A DNA stretch of 64,000 nt from Camelus ferus (GCF_009834535.1 NC_045697.1:95668001-95732000), one strand, 5' to 3'. Positions 39,351 through 51,632 are shown, counted from the first letter of the stretch. Notes: generated by a model from the letters alone, not told the origin. A program made the numbers and translations.

Positions 39351-40563
39351 AATATACATGTGATTTTGCCACTCTTACTCAAAGCAAAGCTGAATTTATT
39401 TTTAAAAATAGATGATTCTATTGAAAGTCTTAGTTTTTACTGCCCTGCAAATTTGCTTGCCTTAGGTACATTCTGTTTACTTAAGCTTATCTTCTAATAG
39501 TTATCTTCTAGTTTTTCCATCACAGCTTTCTCTCTACTGCCTTCTAACCTAGAGAAATGAACTACCTTCCCATTCTTTCTCAACTTCTTAAAATTATGTC
39601 TATTTTTTAATCTCAGGTAATTTTTAATTTGAACCCCATTTCCAAAACATCATCCTGTTGTCACTGGGAAATTTATAGAGCTCATTTTATTACATTAGCC
39701 ATGTTACTAGTACTTGAACTCTCACAAAGTAGCTGTGAACATTTACAACACATGTATCTAAGATAAATAAAAATGTTCTGCAGTTAAGTTTGATGCTTGT
39801 ATTAACCTCATAAAGTAACAGCAAAAATAGAAGCACGTATTAAATACCTAGAGTTAACTAAAAAGGGTAGATCGTTACTGTTATGTATGTTGCAGAAACT
39901 TCTCCCAGAAGAAAGATCGAGGGGAGGAGGGTTGATTTTTTTTTTCCAGGATATAATATTCTGCCTCATAGCCTCTGAGATGTAGAATTATCAACAGTTA
40001 GTTGAAATTTCTGAAAATTCTAGTTGTCCTATAATTCCTACCACTGCTTCTATTTAAGAGCCTACTTTAAACAGAACCTACTTAAGTTTTACATATCAGA
40101 AAAAGAAAACAGAATATTTGTTTTAACAATTTAGCTCAATTTCCTCCACAGCAATAGCCACAAGATCTGCAGATTACACAATCACCAAATACTGTTGATA
40201 GAATACATCTTGCAGATGACATCAGTGATATTTCAAAGGAATTAACTGAGCGGACAAAACCACCAGAGCAAGTCCATTATGTAATCACCTAGCCATTCAG
40301 AGCTGATCAGTATTGAGAAGTGACATCAGCTCACTCCCTGGTAAGGAAATGAAGTAACAGAAAGAGGTGTGGATTAATAAAGTAATCATCATATTGCAAT
40401 GCAATTTTGTTTAATAGTGGGATCTCTCACTAACCCTCATTGAAATTAAAATCTTTGAATAAATGTTGCATAGTAACATCCTGCATGAATGGTGGGGGAA
40501 CTAAAGGAAATTATCCATTAGTTGATGTTATAATTGAGGAAGTAAAAATCTATAATGTCATTG

Positions 40564-40720
40564 TGTTACCAAATGCAAGTTCCTGTGCCCACACACAGTG
40601 AGGCCAAACAAATGGAAAAGTCTGAGTCTGGAGGAGAGAAAGGTTTATTGCTGGGCTGGGCAAGGAGAACAGGTGGCTCAAGCTCCCCCAAACCCCCGAA
40701 TTCCCTGACTCTTTCAGGGC
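40564..40720 (-). mobile_element. Truncated 3' LTR (R/U5 end only) of the minus-strand provirus
   Basis: Aligns to 47166-47320, then similarity stops abruptly; polyA signal appears as tttatt. Confidence 0.8.
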
Positions 40721-41699
40721 ATGACCACTCTGGCTAATTCCTGCTGAAACAGAGTTTAGTCCTACCTCTGGGGAATGGACACCGAGTTGGAAATGTTCCC
40801 AAGTTCCAAGTCCTGGATCTGAGTCTTGTATGATTAAGAGCTCATTCCCTGAGGAATTCAGGAGACTAAGCCTGAAAACCAGTTTGGACTTGGCACTTTG
40901 GGGGAGACTTGTAGCCACATGTCTACTTTTATCTGAGTAGGTTTTAACTTTTGATGTGGTGTGTATATATGTGTGTGTGTATATCAAGGGCGACTAGCTT
41001 CTACAGATGTCTTTTTCTGCTAACATCTGATCTAAAGCAATTTTATTGTCTAAAAATTTAATAGCTACAAGAGAAGACCTTGAGGTCATAAGGTTGCAGC
41101 TGCCATCTCCTGGCAGACACGCTTTGAGAATGGCTGGTGGCGTCCCAACTATGACATAGCTCAGAAAATTCGAGTTCTCAACAACACAGGAACATTTCTA
41201 AAATCACGTCCACAATGGCCACCAAGTTTTACCTTTGATGTCTGAACCACACCTACCCTATTTTGACTTCCAAATGCATTCCCCTCTTCGGGGTTGAAGC
41301 AGATGTACAACACACGTCCAAAAGGCCAGGAAACAGGCCATTTTGGTCAATAAAGTTTCAGTCAAATGACACATAAGCCAGAATGACTTCCCCATACATC
41401 AACATGTGCATGTTTTTCCATCATTTCCCCTTAATTGCAAATCTTTCAATAGAAAGCATCGATCATCAAAATATCTGTCCTTCGATGCTGGGTGGTAGCT
41501 CCTGCCCCAGGTTCAGATCATGTCCCTTGGTGCTAGGCCTCCTTTATATTTGCCTATTTATCCATGTTGGGAAAAAGTAATCAGAAAAGTAATCAGATAT
41601 TGTGAACAGGCTCAGAGGTGTGTTAATGGGGAAACACTCTACAGGCCATACATTTTATCACTTAGACCCAATTGTTATACAAGCTTATACATGTGCTTT

Positions 41700-42164
41700 T
41701 GTGAAGGCAAAACCAGGCTGGTCTGACAAGATAACTCATAAGTGTAGGAATGTGAAGGAGAGGCTGGGCTAGTCTAACAAGGTAACTCACAAATCTAAGT
41801 ATTGGAATACTGATCTGAGTTCTGCTAGACTAACTTGTAAATCTAAGTTAATTAGTGTTGGTTTGCTGTTTATGTTTTTTTGCTAGCCAGCTGGATTTTC
41901 AAAAATACATATCTGGCTTTGGAATGTTGGTTTGCTGCCTCCCCGCCTCCACTTTTGTGATGCTGCTGCTGCTAAAGCTGTTCCATGCCTATTGGCCGAA
42001 TACCCCAAGCTTGTACTTTACCCTATAAAACCTCATGTGCACATCTTGAAGGTGCTCAGAGCTTCGGAGCAGAAGCCCCTCTGAGCCCGCAGGCGTAATA
42101 CATCCGAGTACTCCAACCCTCCGAGTGGTGCTTGTTTCTTGACTGGCCTGTCGTTTCCGTAACA
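41700..42164 (+). mobile_element. Solo ERV1-class LTR nested in the provirus
   Basis: TG...CA; perfect 4-bp TSD cttt (41696-41699 / 42165-42168); attgg box and cctataaaa TATA at ~42023; retained CpGs. Confidence 0.88.
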
Positions 42165-43827
42165 CTTTTAACAATAGATTTAAAGCAGGCATTTTTATAC
42201 ATGAGCAGTTATACTCTGACAACTTCAGACAAAACCAAAAAATTACAACCATATTCATCAGTTTACTCAATCCTATGTAATTAATTCTTTTTTTCTAACA
42301 GTTTTACAAACTCAGTGTATTAGACTTTTAAAATATCTTACCCAGTTCAGCAGTATTACTTTTTTTAAAAAAACTGTACTTGTCAAAAAGTCCTTTTTAG
42401 GAATCTTCTTGAAAACCAAGCAGTTTTGCAAAACATCAGCTTAACTATCTATGAATAACAAAAACCTTAAAAATGGAAGGTAAAAAGATCTGATTACCAT
42501 GTTTTTGACAAAGAAGCTTAAGTTGCTGTGACATACGTTAAGATAACTAGAATTATGACTAACAGCATTATCCCAGGACATATCTAAATTTCAGAACTTT
42601 TTACATAATTTCTGAAACTTTACATAATTTCTAGAATGTCTATATTAATAACATTTATCCATACTGTATAATCTGAATAGGCTTATCATTCATTTGACAA
42701 TGCTTCCCATGTAATTTAACATACTAACCAAACCTAGTTACTTTAATATTTTTCTGTGAGATGCCTCAGGGGCCCTCTGAAACATCTCAAATTTAGGTGA
42801 AGTCAAAAGAACTTTAATTCAAATTTGACAGGAAGTTTGTCAAAAAGATCACAAAGTTTCACACAATCTGTTTTCAGGCACATTCTAAGTAACCTTGTTC
42901 TCTTAATAGAGAGGAACCAAATCTAGTCCTGCACCAGACTACTTTTGATAATGAAATCCATTTACCTAAAGAAGTTTAATCTCAGCCTGATCATGCACAG
43001 AACTCCTTTTTTAGGGCTCCCTTTCTGCAAACTTTTCACAACTTTCTGTATCCATATTAGTTTGTCCCTTATTTTTTCCCATCTAGAAACAACAAAGCTC
43101 TAGGTCCAAAGCACCTTCTTTTCCCTTAAAATGCAATGGTATTCCTCAAACCTTTTTTTCTTTTTTTTACTCAAAACATATGTCCTACTTTCCTACTGTA
43201 TACTGAAATGTTTCCTTTATTTTCAGTAGCTTTAAGTATATATTTAAATTAGAATTCTCAAACTCAATCTTAGTTTCTAGTGAAAACCAAGAAGCAAGCA
43301 ATCATGAACTATCTCTTACATTAGCATTCTGTAGCTTGGCAAACACAAACCAACAATAATTTCTAAAAACATGTGCTTTCTACAGAATATCTCAATGTGA
43401 CACCAAACATGTTTAATAACAGTCCTAAACACACTTGATGTCTCTTTAAAGGAAAGCCAATGTTCAGCAATTGTTTGAGTATCTTATATTGCTTTTGAAT
43501 GACCTAGCTAATCAACTAGTCAATAAACTTCCATTATTTAACTTAATTTAGCACAACTCTAAAATTTCAAGTTACCAAATAGCTGGAGATCATCTTTAAG
43601 TAGACATTCCTAAAACATATTTCTAAAGAGTTCACCCAAAAGCTCTTATCTCATTTGCATTTAATTTACTTATCAGAATTTTATTATACCAAGTTATTTT
43701 CTTTCTGCTGACAAAGTCTGCAACAGAAATAACAAACTTATCGACCTTTAATAAACATAGGTACAATAAGACATATCTGTATTGATTATACCAACAAGCC
43801 AAAACTAGCTTTAATATCAGATATTAA

Positions 43828-43901
43828 ACCAGAATTTAATACAACATTGCAAACTGACTATACTTCCATAAATTTTTTAAAAGATATAAAATTTAAAAAT
43901 G
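43828..43901 (+). mobile_element. Ultra-short L1 3' tail insertion
   Basis: accagaatttaatacaacattgcaaactgactatacttccataaa is the last ~45 nt of the local L1 family; TSD tatcagatattaa (43815-43827) / tatcaggtattaa (43902-43914). Confidence 0.85.
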
Positions 43902-44902
43902 TATCAGGTATTAATAGTGAGTGTTTCCTAGATTGTGTGAGCCTGAAATTTGGTCTGTCTAGCTCCTTTTATACTTAGTATTTAATTTGCAAGCACTTAC
44001 TTTTTAAGTCAATTAAATAGAGCCCATAAGTTAATTTTACATAAAGAAGACAGGCAGAACCAGAGAATCCAGTTTTTCCACTTGAGTTTTAAGACACTAT
44101 TTTCCTTGAGAGCCCAGATAGATCATTTACATCTCAAAGGCACAGGAAGAGAAATGCAAATTCCTCTTCTAACTGCTTCTACAAAACCCCATCATTTATT
44201 TTCAGAATTTTTTTTTTCATTCCCAAGTATCCACAATTATCTATCTGTCTGTCTATATTATTCACTCACATTCAGCCCTCACTTTCAGCAAAACCAAGAA
44301 GAGAGAACAGGATTTGGACTGAGGTACCAAGACACACACAGAAACACACCCCCAGGATAAAAGCCAAACTCCAAAAGGCCCCCTTTGATAATAGCAGAGC
44401 CATTAGGGGCCACTGTTCTCCAGATCTCAGGGAGCACTCAGCCCACAGTGTTACAATAAAAAATATCACTTTCTTTCATTTATGGGAGCATAAATAAAGA
44501 TCTTTCAGTTTTGCAAAACATACCCTAGGGGGACTGCAAAATGTAACAGAGCTATGCTCCTCCATACTTAATTATTCAAGGCTGGTGTTATCAAATATCA
44601 AGCAAACAATGCAGAACAGTCTCTTAGGGTCACAGTTTCCTAGCTCCAAAAGGGAGAGTCCCAACCAATACCCCATCAATCTGTCACCAGGAAGAGAGGA
44701 ATAACATTTATCCATACTGTATAATCTGAACAGGCTTATCACTCATTTGACAACGCTTCCCATGTAACTCAACATACTAACCAATCCTAGGTAGTTTCAT
44801 ATTTTTCTCTGAGATGCCTCAGGGGCCCTCTGAAACATCTCAAAGTTAGCTCAAGTCAAAAGAACTTTAATTCGAATGTGATATGAAGTTTGTCAAAAAT
44901 AT

Positions 44903-45734
44903 CAGTCTTCAAAAAAAAAAAAAAAATTGGAAAGGGTCAATCAGTTCCTTAAGGCTGTTCTTAAAAGGCTCATCAAAAACAAAAACAAAACTTCTTTAAG
45001 TTGAAAAGAGGCTTTACCAATATAGCTCTTTTATAAACCAGGGTAATCCCCAAGGCAACCCTGGGCCTTAGTCCTTATAAAGCTCTTTATGGGCCATTTA
45101 TTCAGATGGAAACATTGATAGATAATAAAAATCACCTCTTTAGGGGCATATGACCAAGCTCATAAGGAATTCCAAAACACCTGGAGTAATTTGGGCTAAA
45201 AAACAGGACCTCAAGTGGCAACCAGATCTCCTCACCCCTGGCACTCAGGTGTTGATCAAAGTCTTTAAAAAGATGGCTCCCCAGCCTCCTGACTTCAACT
45301 TGTATGGAAAGGGCCTTACCTCGTTCTTCTATCCTCTCCCACTGCAGTAGAAGTTCCTGGAATTGCCAGCGATACACCATAAAACCCACCCAAGATGACC
45401 AATCCGTTAAAAACCTGAACCTTGGCACCCAAGACACCTCAGATTCTACATATTCTTGCAAACCTCTTAGTGATCTGCAACTGCTTTTCAAGCAACACTC
45501 CAAGTCAAACTTCAAATGGCTATACAACAAGGTAATCAACCCATCAGCCAAGACGGCCTTCACATAAGCCCCCACGATGGACACCGACCCTTCGCTCACC
45601 ACCTGCCCAGTGACAGCCACCTGGTCTCGGACCCCGACCAGCCCCTTCATCGCCCCAGATCAGCAGGAAGTAGCTAGGGTGGTTGTCGCCCTCTACGTCC
45701 CTAAGATTTGGGGTCCTATGACTAGAGAGAGGAA
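44903..45734 (+). mobile_element. 3' portion of a second, gamma-like (ERV1) provirus: integrase C-half, env essentially deleted, PPT
   Basis: QSS..ERVNQFLK..LGLSPYKALYG; GPY/F motif tggaaagggccttacctcgttcttctatcctctcccactgcagta (WKGPYLVLLSSPTAV); pol end YSCKPLSDLQLLFKQ; cagcaggaagtagctag 3' motif; PPT agagagaggaa. Confidence 0.88.
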
Positions 45735-46360
45735 TGTTAGACAGATAGAAATGAGCACCTGGCAAGGGGAGAGGAAGACTGGGGGAGCAACCCAGGAAAT
45801 AACAGTACACACACGCTCAGAATAAGGGGCTCCAAAAACTTACTCTAAATGAGGGCCAACAAAGAAGCCAGCTAGGATCGGATGCTGTGGCTGAGCAGTT
45901 GAGAGAAGGATCCAGCTTAACCTGACCCAGTGCTCATGATAATGTAATTAACACTGCAGTTTGAGCCCCTCCTGTAGGTTTCTCTGTGTGCATCATGGTT
46001 AAGAACATGCGCAAAAGAGACAGGCGTGCCTGAGCACAAGGAACACGAGCTATCAATCAGCCTGAGTACAAAGAACGTTAGCTGTCAATTAGGCTGAGCA
46101 CTCAAAGAACCTGAGCTATGAATCAATCAACCACAAAAAACGCCCCTAAGCCGGGACATGAAAAACAGGAAGAATAAAGGAGCAGTGCCATTTTTCCCCT
46201 CTTGGATTGGTCCACTCCCAATTCTCGGGCGTGTACTATATTCTACTTTTTACTTTATTAATAAAATCTTGTTTATATCACATTTTCTATCTCATTAAAA
46301 ATTTTTTTTTTCAGGTGACTAAGAACCGAGGTAACTCTTATTCCCCTCCTCCCCGTAGCA
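45735..46360 (+). mobile_element. 3' LTR of the nested sense provirus
   Basis: TGTTAG...GTAGCA directly after the PPT; aataaa at ~46260; U3 tandem repeats. Confidence 0.88.
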
Positions 46361-47139
46361 AATCCAAAAGGGGAGAACCCCAATCAATGCTCCATTAGAA
46401 ATGAAGCTGAATGCAAGACCAAGGCTAGAGAGCAAAAAATCAAGGCAAGCCAATGCAATAGGGAAGGATACCCTGGTGTCTTCACATGCGAGCTGCATTA
46501 CTCACCAAAGACCTCACAACCGGTCAGTGTTAAGTACACACACTGACACACACACACACAAACAACAAACAGTCTCACAAACTATCTCCCAAAGGAGAAT
46601 GGATGCAGAGTGGCTCCCAGAATGGATTCCAGAATGACTCACTTCCAAGAAATGGAAGAGCCCAGGGGGAACAGGTAGTATTTTCCTATCCTGCACAAGC
46701 CGGAGTGGCTCACCCCAAATCAACTCACTCAAAAACACAAATAAGCTACAGTCGCACAATCAGAGGAGGCGTTATCTAGAATTTCCCCTTCCACTCCCAG
46801 ATGGAGGCCTCCAAACAGACCAGCCCAGCTCTTGAAAGAGAACAGACACAGAGTGGCTCACAGTGAGCCCAGAGCAGCTTACTTCCCAGAAGGAAATGAG
46901 CCTAGATCGAGTGGAGAAAACGCCCAGCCAGCACAAGCTGGAGTGACTCACCCTCAAGTGACACTGAACGTGGACCTCAGCTCTGGACGTTTCTCTGCTG
47001 CAAACAGCTTCCTGCCATGGAGCGGCTGGCGTCCTTCAGGGAGAATTCCTCCTGGTTCCCGGGGCGAAGTGAGCTCAGGCAGCTGCTGGGGACCCAGGAA
47101 AAGAACGGCTTCGGGCCTGGGTCGACCTGCCAAAGCACA

Positions 47140-47161
47140 GACTCCTATGTTGGATTCACCA
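47140..47161 (-). promoter_or_regulatory. Degenerate primer-binding site, tRNA-Arg-like
   Basis: Minus strand TGGTGAATCCAACATAGGAGTC, 4 nt after the LTR CA, resembles TGGCGAGCCAGCCAGGAGTC (complement of the tRNA-Arg(ACG) 3' end). Confidence 0.55.
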
Positions 47162-47165
47162 AGAT

Positions 47166-47619
47166 TGTTACTGAAGGCAAGTTCATGTGCCCAAAGCACA
47201 GTGAAGGCCAAACAAATTGGAAAGTTGGAGTTTGGAGCAGAGAAACGTTTACTCCTGGGCCGAGCACGGAAAATGAGTGGCTCCTACCTAAGTAACCTTG
47301 AATCCCTGATGTGTTTCAGCTGAGCATTTTAAAGGCCAGCTAAGGGAGGGGCGTCCCAGGGAACATGATCAGCTGTGCACAATTCTGATTGATTGATGGT
47401 GATCAATCCTTAGGCATCAGAAGGTCTGGGGGCCAGGTGCTCATGATCATCAAATGGTCATCATTAATTTCTTCCATTTGGCAGTGGTTTTTAGCATCTA
47501 AAAAACACAGGAAATCTGCATGAGATATATTATCTGGGTATTTCTGAGGAGAGCTACAGCAGAGGATATGGGGGAGGCGTCTGTCCCAGGAAGGCCCCGT
47601 AAGGTCCTGCTCAGTTACA
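47166..47619 (-). mobile_element. Complete 5' LTR of the minus-strand provirus
   Basis: Minus strand TGTAACTGAG...CAGTAACA with inverted termini; CCAAT-like ctgattg and TATA-like ttttaaa on the plus strand. Confidence 0.88.
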
Positions 47620-50600
47620 ATTCCCCCCTTTTCTTTGATACTCCTCAATCTTGAAGAGAACAGGTGTTGGACAGGAAGGGAAATAATATTTTGGATAGAG
47701 AAGTTCATCATAAATTCGGCAGAGGAACTCAATTTTAATCTCAATTACAGATGGGAGGTTGTACACAGTAAGATCGGGAGATACCGTCCTCTGAAGAGGG
47801 AAAAATACAATTAAATGATGCCAAATTTTCAGTAAATCAGGCGAGTTCCTAATTTAGGATAAGCATGGTGACTGAAAAGAAACAACCAAACCCCAGTAAA
47901 GTAAAAAACACAGCACTCTTGTCTGCACTGGCTACACGTGCCTTTTCATCACAATCTGGTTTTCTTACTCACTTTTAAAATTGTCTTTTCCTTGAAATTA
48001 TACATTTAAAAATTATTGGCAAAAGAAAAAGTATTTGGAAAAAATGTCATTTTGAATATAGCCTAAATTCATTTTGTTATAAAGGAAAATGGGAAGAATT
48101 TTATGTATAATACAGTTTTCACTGGTATTTACTGGTCCACCTAGCGTTGAAGTCAATAGCGTACCAGTTTGCTTCTGAAACTATTTACCAACATTCTTCA
48201 CCTTATAGTGAATTTTTGTACTTCTCATTATTATCAGTTTAATTAAATATTGCTGAAAATTAGCTACTATTAGGGCAGTTTTAGTGAACAACTGAGTCTA
48301 TTGTCAATGATGTATTCATGAACATCGTTGAAATTCTGGTTGCAGATTTTCTGCCATTAACTATGTCCTGTGTTGTCTGAAGTTGACAGCTGTGAAGATT
48401 ACGTAAGTGTACACCAAACCCTTCTGGGGTATAATCCAAAAAATACAAACCAGTAATAGATTTCACAGAGCAAAAACTAAAATATAAAGAAAAAGAAAGT
48501 TCAGAAAGACGTAATGTTTCCTTCTTAAGCATTCATTACCATTAACTATTCCTCTTTGCATTAAAAATAATTCAATAGAATGCCAATATGATGTTTTCAA
48601 TATTTTATTACTCTTTCCTTTTCTCTGATTTCTTCTCCCTTTGAAGATAAAAGAGGTATTTTAATTAGGATGCAATGGGAATAAATTCAGAATTAGCATA
48701 TGTTGGTGTTCAATAAATGCAGTTTTAATTATAACCTTTTCCTGTTTGTTTCAAAGATTTAAGGAAAGAAAAAACACATCAGAGGCAAAACAAATATTTC
48801 TTAACATTTTATATTAATGATATACTGCCAGGAACTTAATTTTGATGTGTGTATGTGTGTCTTTTAATTCTAAAAGCTTGCTTATCCTTCTAGATGTGGA
48901 GGAAAACATACAGAAGAATACACAGGCGCCTCATTGCTTTAAGTGGATTAGGGAGAATGTTTCCCTACCTGAGCATTGGCAGAACTGGTCTCTGGAAGAG
49001 ACTGTTTCATGAAAAAAAGACCCAGAAATAGTTGGTCAGAGGGCTAGGAACAGTCCGTGGTAGAGAAAACCATAAACAGTAAAGCTACCTTTGAAATTCA
49101 AAGACTACAACTGGTTATATTTACCTCATAATTTAGAGTTGTCTCTGCAGGTTACCTGGACACTATTAGGATTTAGAAAATACTTTTCTCAGACACAGCA
49201 CAGAGGGAAATACAGGGAGTTCAAGTATTTCTAGACATTTTAGAACAACTCCAGTGAGAATTTTCTTCACCGTTTGGAAAGGCAGAATTGAGGTTAACAA
49301 TTAGAAACATGTCCACATATGAAGACATATACTTTCTATTAGATCAAACTAGAATTTCAGATATTTTTATGCAGAAAGCTATGCTGTGTTGGAGGTATCT
49401 TCTCAGTTTCAAAATGCAGGCAAACATCTAGGTTTTTCTCTTTTATTTCCCACTTATTTTTAAATATTTTACTTTGGCCTCCAAATATCTTTATGGAGAT
49501 ATATATATAAAGATATCTTTATATCTTTATGTGTGATTTTATCAATGATGAGGGACAGTGCAGGTCATTTAACAAATACTATTAGCATGCACTTTTAATA
49601 AACCGTGACAGATTGAAGAAAGTTTGGTCTCAATAAATTACATTATATCTAAAAATATAGGTCCAGTTTCTCTATAGACATACTAGGGAAATAATTTCAG
49701 TTTAAATTATATGAAGTCATGAGGAAATAAAAATCTTACCATATGATTAACAGGAGATTTATGTTTTAATTATACTCGTGAATTGGGTGATTGGATCTTA
49801 GGATGCATTTTGGCATAGCAGCAAGGTTATATATGATTTCTAGGTTTCCCAGTTTGGCAACTTATCAACAAGGTGGCTAAAATGCTATATATTTGCAATT
49901 AAAATCGGAGAAAAGGGAACAAATATAGTAATAATAAAAGAAAAAACATAGCAATGAAATTAAAATAAAAGCTTACTAGATACAAATAAACAGTTTAACT
50001 CAATTTTGTTAAAGATTTTGAAGAGAACTTTATGTGTTCTTCAAGAGCTTCAGAAATTGATGATATTGTGTGTAAGATTTCATTGAACTTCAAAATTTTT
50101 AGCTTTCATTTAGGTAAACTTAAGAACTATCTCTAGAGCTATCCCAAATCTTGTTTATAATGATCACTGTATTTTTCAAAATTTTATAAATATATTTTTC
50201 TGACTATAAGGAGAAAAGTAATTATAGAATATATGTTTTCATGTATGATAACAGGTTGCCTGGAAGAGAATTGAATGTGTTTAATTTTGTGCAAAGGGAG
50301 GTGTACAGCATTGTGTGTGTGCCCTCTCTCTGAGGAGGAAATTACATTTCTAAATAAGCTTTCTGTTTACCATATGGTATTACCAGCCAGGAACAATCTT
50401 ATTTTTATAGAGAAAAAAAAATAGTAAAAAAGATTTTGAGAGGGAGTCTGATCTAAACCAAGAAAAGGCAATTGCAGCTAGTTTCTTGAGCATTTATAGT
50501 CAATTTCTGGAATATCCATTAGCCAGTGCTATCTAGGTACTAAGAAAAGAATAAAGTCCATCTAATATTTTTTCATAATTTGATAATGTGATACACTGAG

Positions 50601-50799
50601 AGTAGCTGATAATTTTGTTTTAGAAGGAACCATGATCAGAAAAGACTAGACCTATCATACACATGCTCACTCATTAATAAAAATGCAACCCCATCATGTT
50701 TCTGTTGTGTGGTGTCCAAAAGAAGGTAAAAGTCATTTCAGTTATAATCCCTGGTTCAAAATAAAACATGCAGGGCAAATGAGAATATGTTCTAAGAAT

Positions 50800-51030
50800 T
50801 TGGCTCTAGGCCTAGTGCTCTAAACATTTCAATCAGTGAATCCCATGATACGATACTGTATTTTTAGTAAGTTTATACATGACAATGGCTTGGAGGGAAC
50901 GGATAACACCTTGATTGAGAGGGTTACAATAAAAAATAACCTTGATATTTTGAAAAAGTAAGTAACGCCTGCCAAGTGATAAATAGATAGATGACAGATA
51001 CATCCTGTATTTTATTTTATCAATTTGAAT
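50800..51030 (+). mobile_element. Ancient CR1/L3 LINE RT fragment
   Basis: agtaagtttatacatgacaatggcttggagggaacggataacaccttg... reads SKFIHDNGLEGTDNTLIERVTIKNNLDILKK, cf. CR1 SKFADDTKLGG..NTLEDR..IQNDLDRLEKW; upstream LGLVL resembles LGPVLF. Confidence 0.6.
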
Positions 51031-51396
51031 ATTTTATGACTAAGTAAGAATTAACTAAATCAATTAGAAACAAACAACTGGCAGGAAGAAACTAATTTGA
51101 GGAGTTATCCGGTAGAACCACATTCATCATTTTTATTCCTTTATGAGCAATAGATTGAATTTGCATAATTAGATCTTAGGTACAAGATCTATGGCCTGGG
51201 TATACTTAACTGTTATTGTTCATTCCTTAATCAGATTTTGTATACACTTTATTATAGAATTTCTCACACTGCATTGTGATCATTTCTTTTTACCACTTGT
51301 CAGCAGGTTACAAGAGTACACACAGTGCTCCAGGAAAGGCTTGGCACTGTGCTTTAAGCCACAGGGCGGAATCTCTCATTATAGAAAACTTTAGTT

Positions 51397-51632
51397 TTCG
51401 AGATTTGCAGATACTAACTACTCTATATAAAATAGATAAACCACAAGTTTATACTGCATAGCACAGGGAACCATATTCAATATCTTGTAGTAACCTTTGG
51501 TGAAGAATAATATGGGAATGAACATATGTATGTTCCTATGTGACTGAAGTATTGTGCTGTACATCAGAAATTGACACAATACTGTAAACTGACTGTACTT
51601 CAATAAAAATATATTAAAACTGAAAAAAGAAA
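51397..51632 (+). mobile_element. Short L1 3'UTR insertion (younger local family)
   Basis: ttcgagatttgcagatactaac...gactgtacttcaataaaaa; imperfect TSD agaaaactttagt / agaaaggttttgt. Confidence 0.9.

Larger units (their letters stand above)
40564..47743 (-). mobile_element. ERV1-class provirus (non-autonomous MER4/MER41-group-like, AT-rich interior without intact gag/pol/env) with nested insertions
   Basis: Homologous LTR ends at 40564 and 47166 (tgttac..gcaagttc.tgtgccca..cacagtga.ggccaaacaaat); PBS next to the right-hand LTR sets minus orientation. Confidence 0.8.

Noticed and set aside
40216..40340. Exon-like segment (cttgcag|...ccctg|gtaagg)
   Set aside because: Stop codons in all three frames and no partner exons; cannot exclude a non-coding exon without RNA data.
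45132..45650. Longest ORF in the window (172 aa, minus strand)
   Set aside because: Antisense to the decayed ERV integrase and 3' region; no recognisable domain.
46028..46125. ~32-bp periodic repeats as a CRISPR-like array
   Set aside because: Head-to-tail repeats without unique spacers, inside a mammalian LTR, and no cas genes.
46832..47323. 163-aa plus-strand ORF
   Set aside because: Antisense to the GC-rich ERV leader and LTR; stop-codon scarcity is explained by base composition.
48281..48532. 83-aa minus-strand ORF in apparently unique DNA
   Set aside because: No recognisable homology or convincing splice context; length is compatible with chance.
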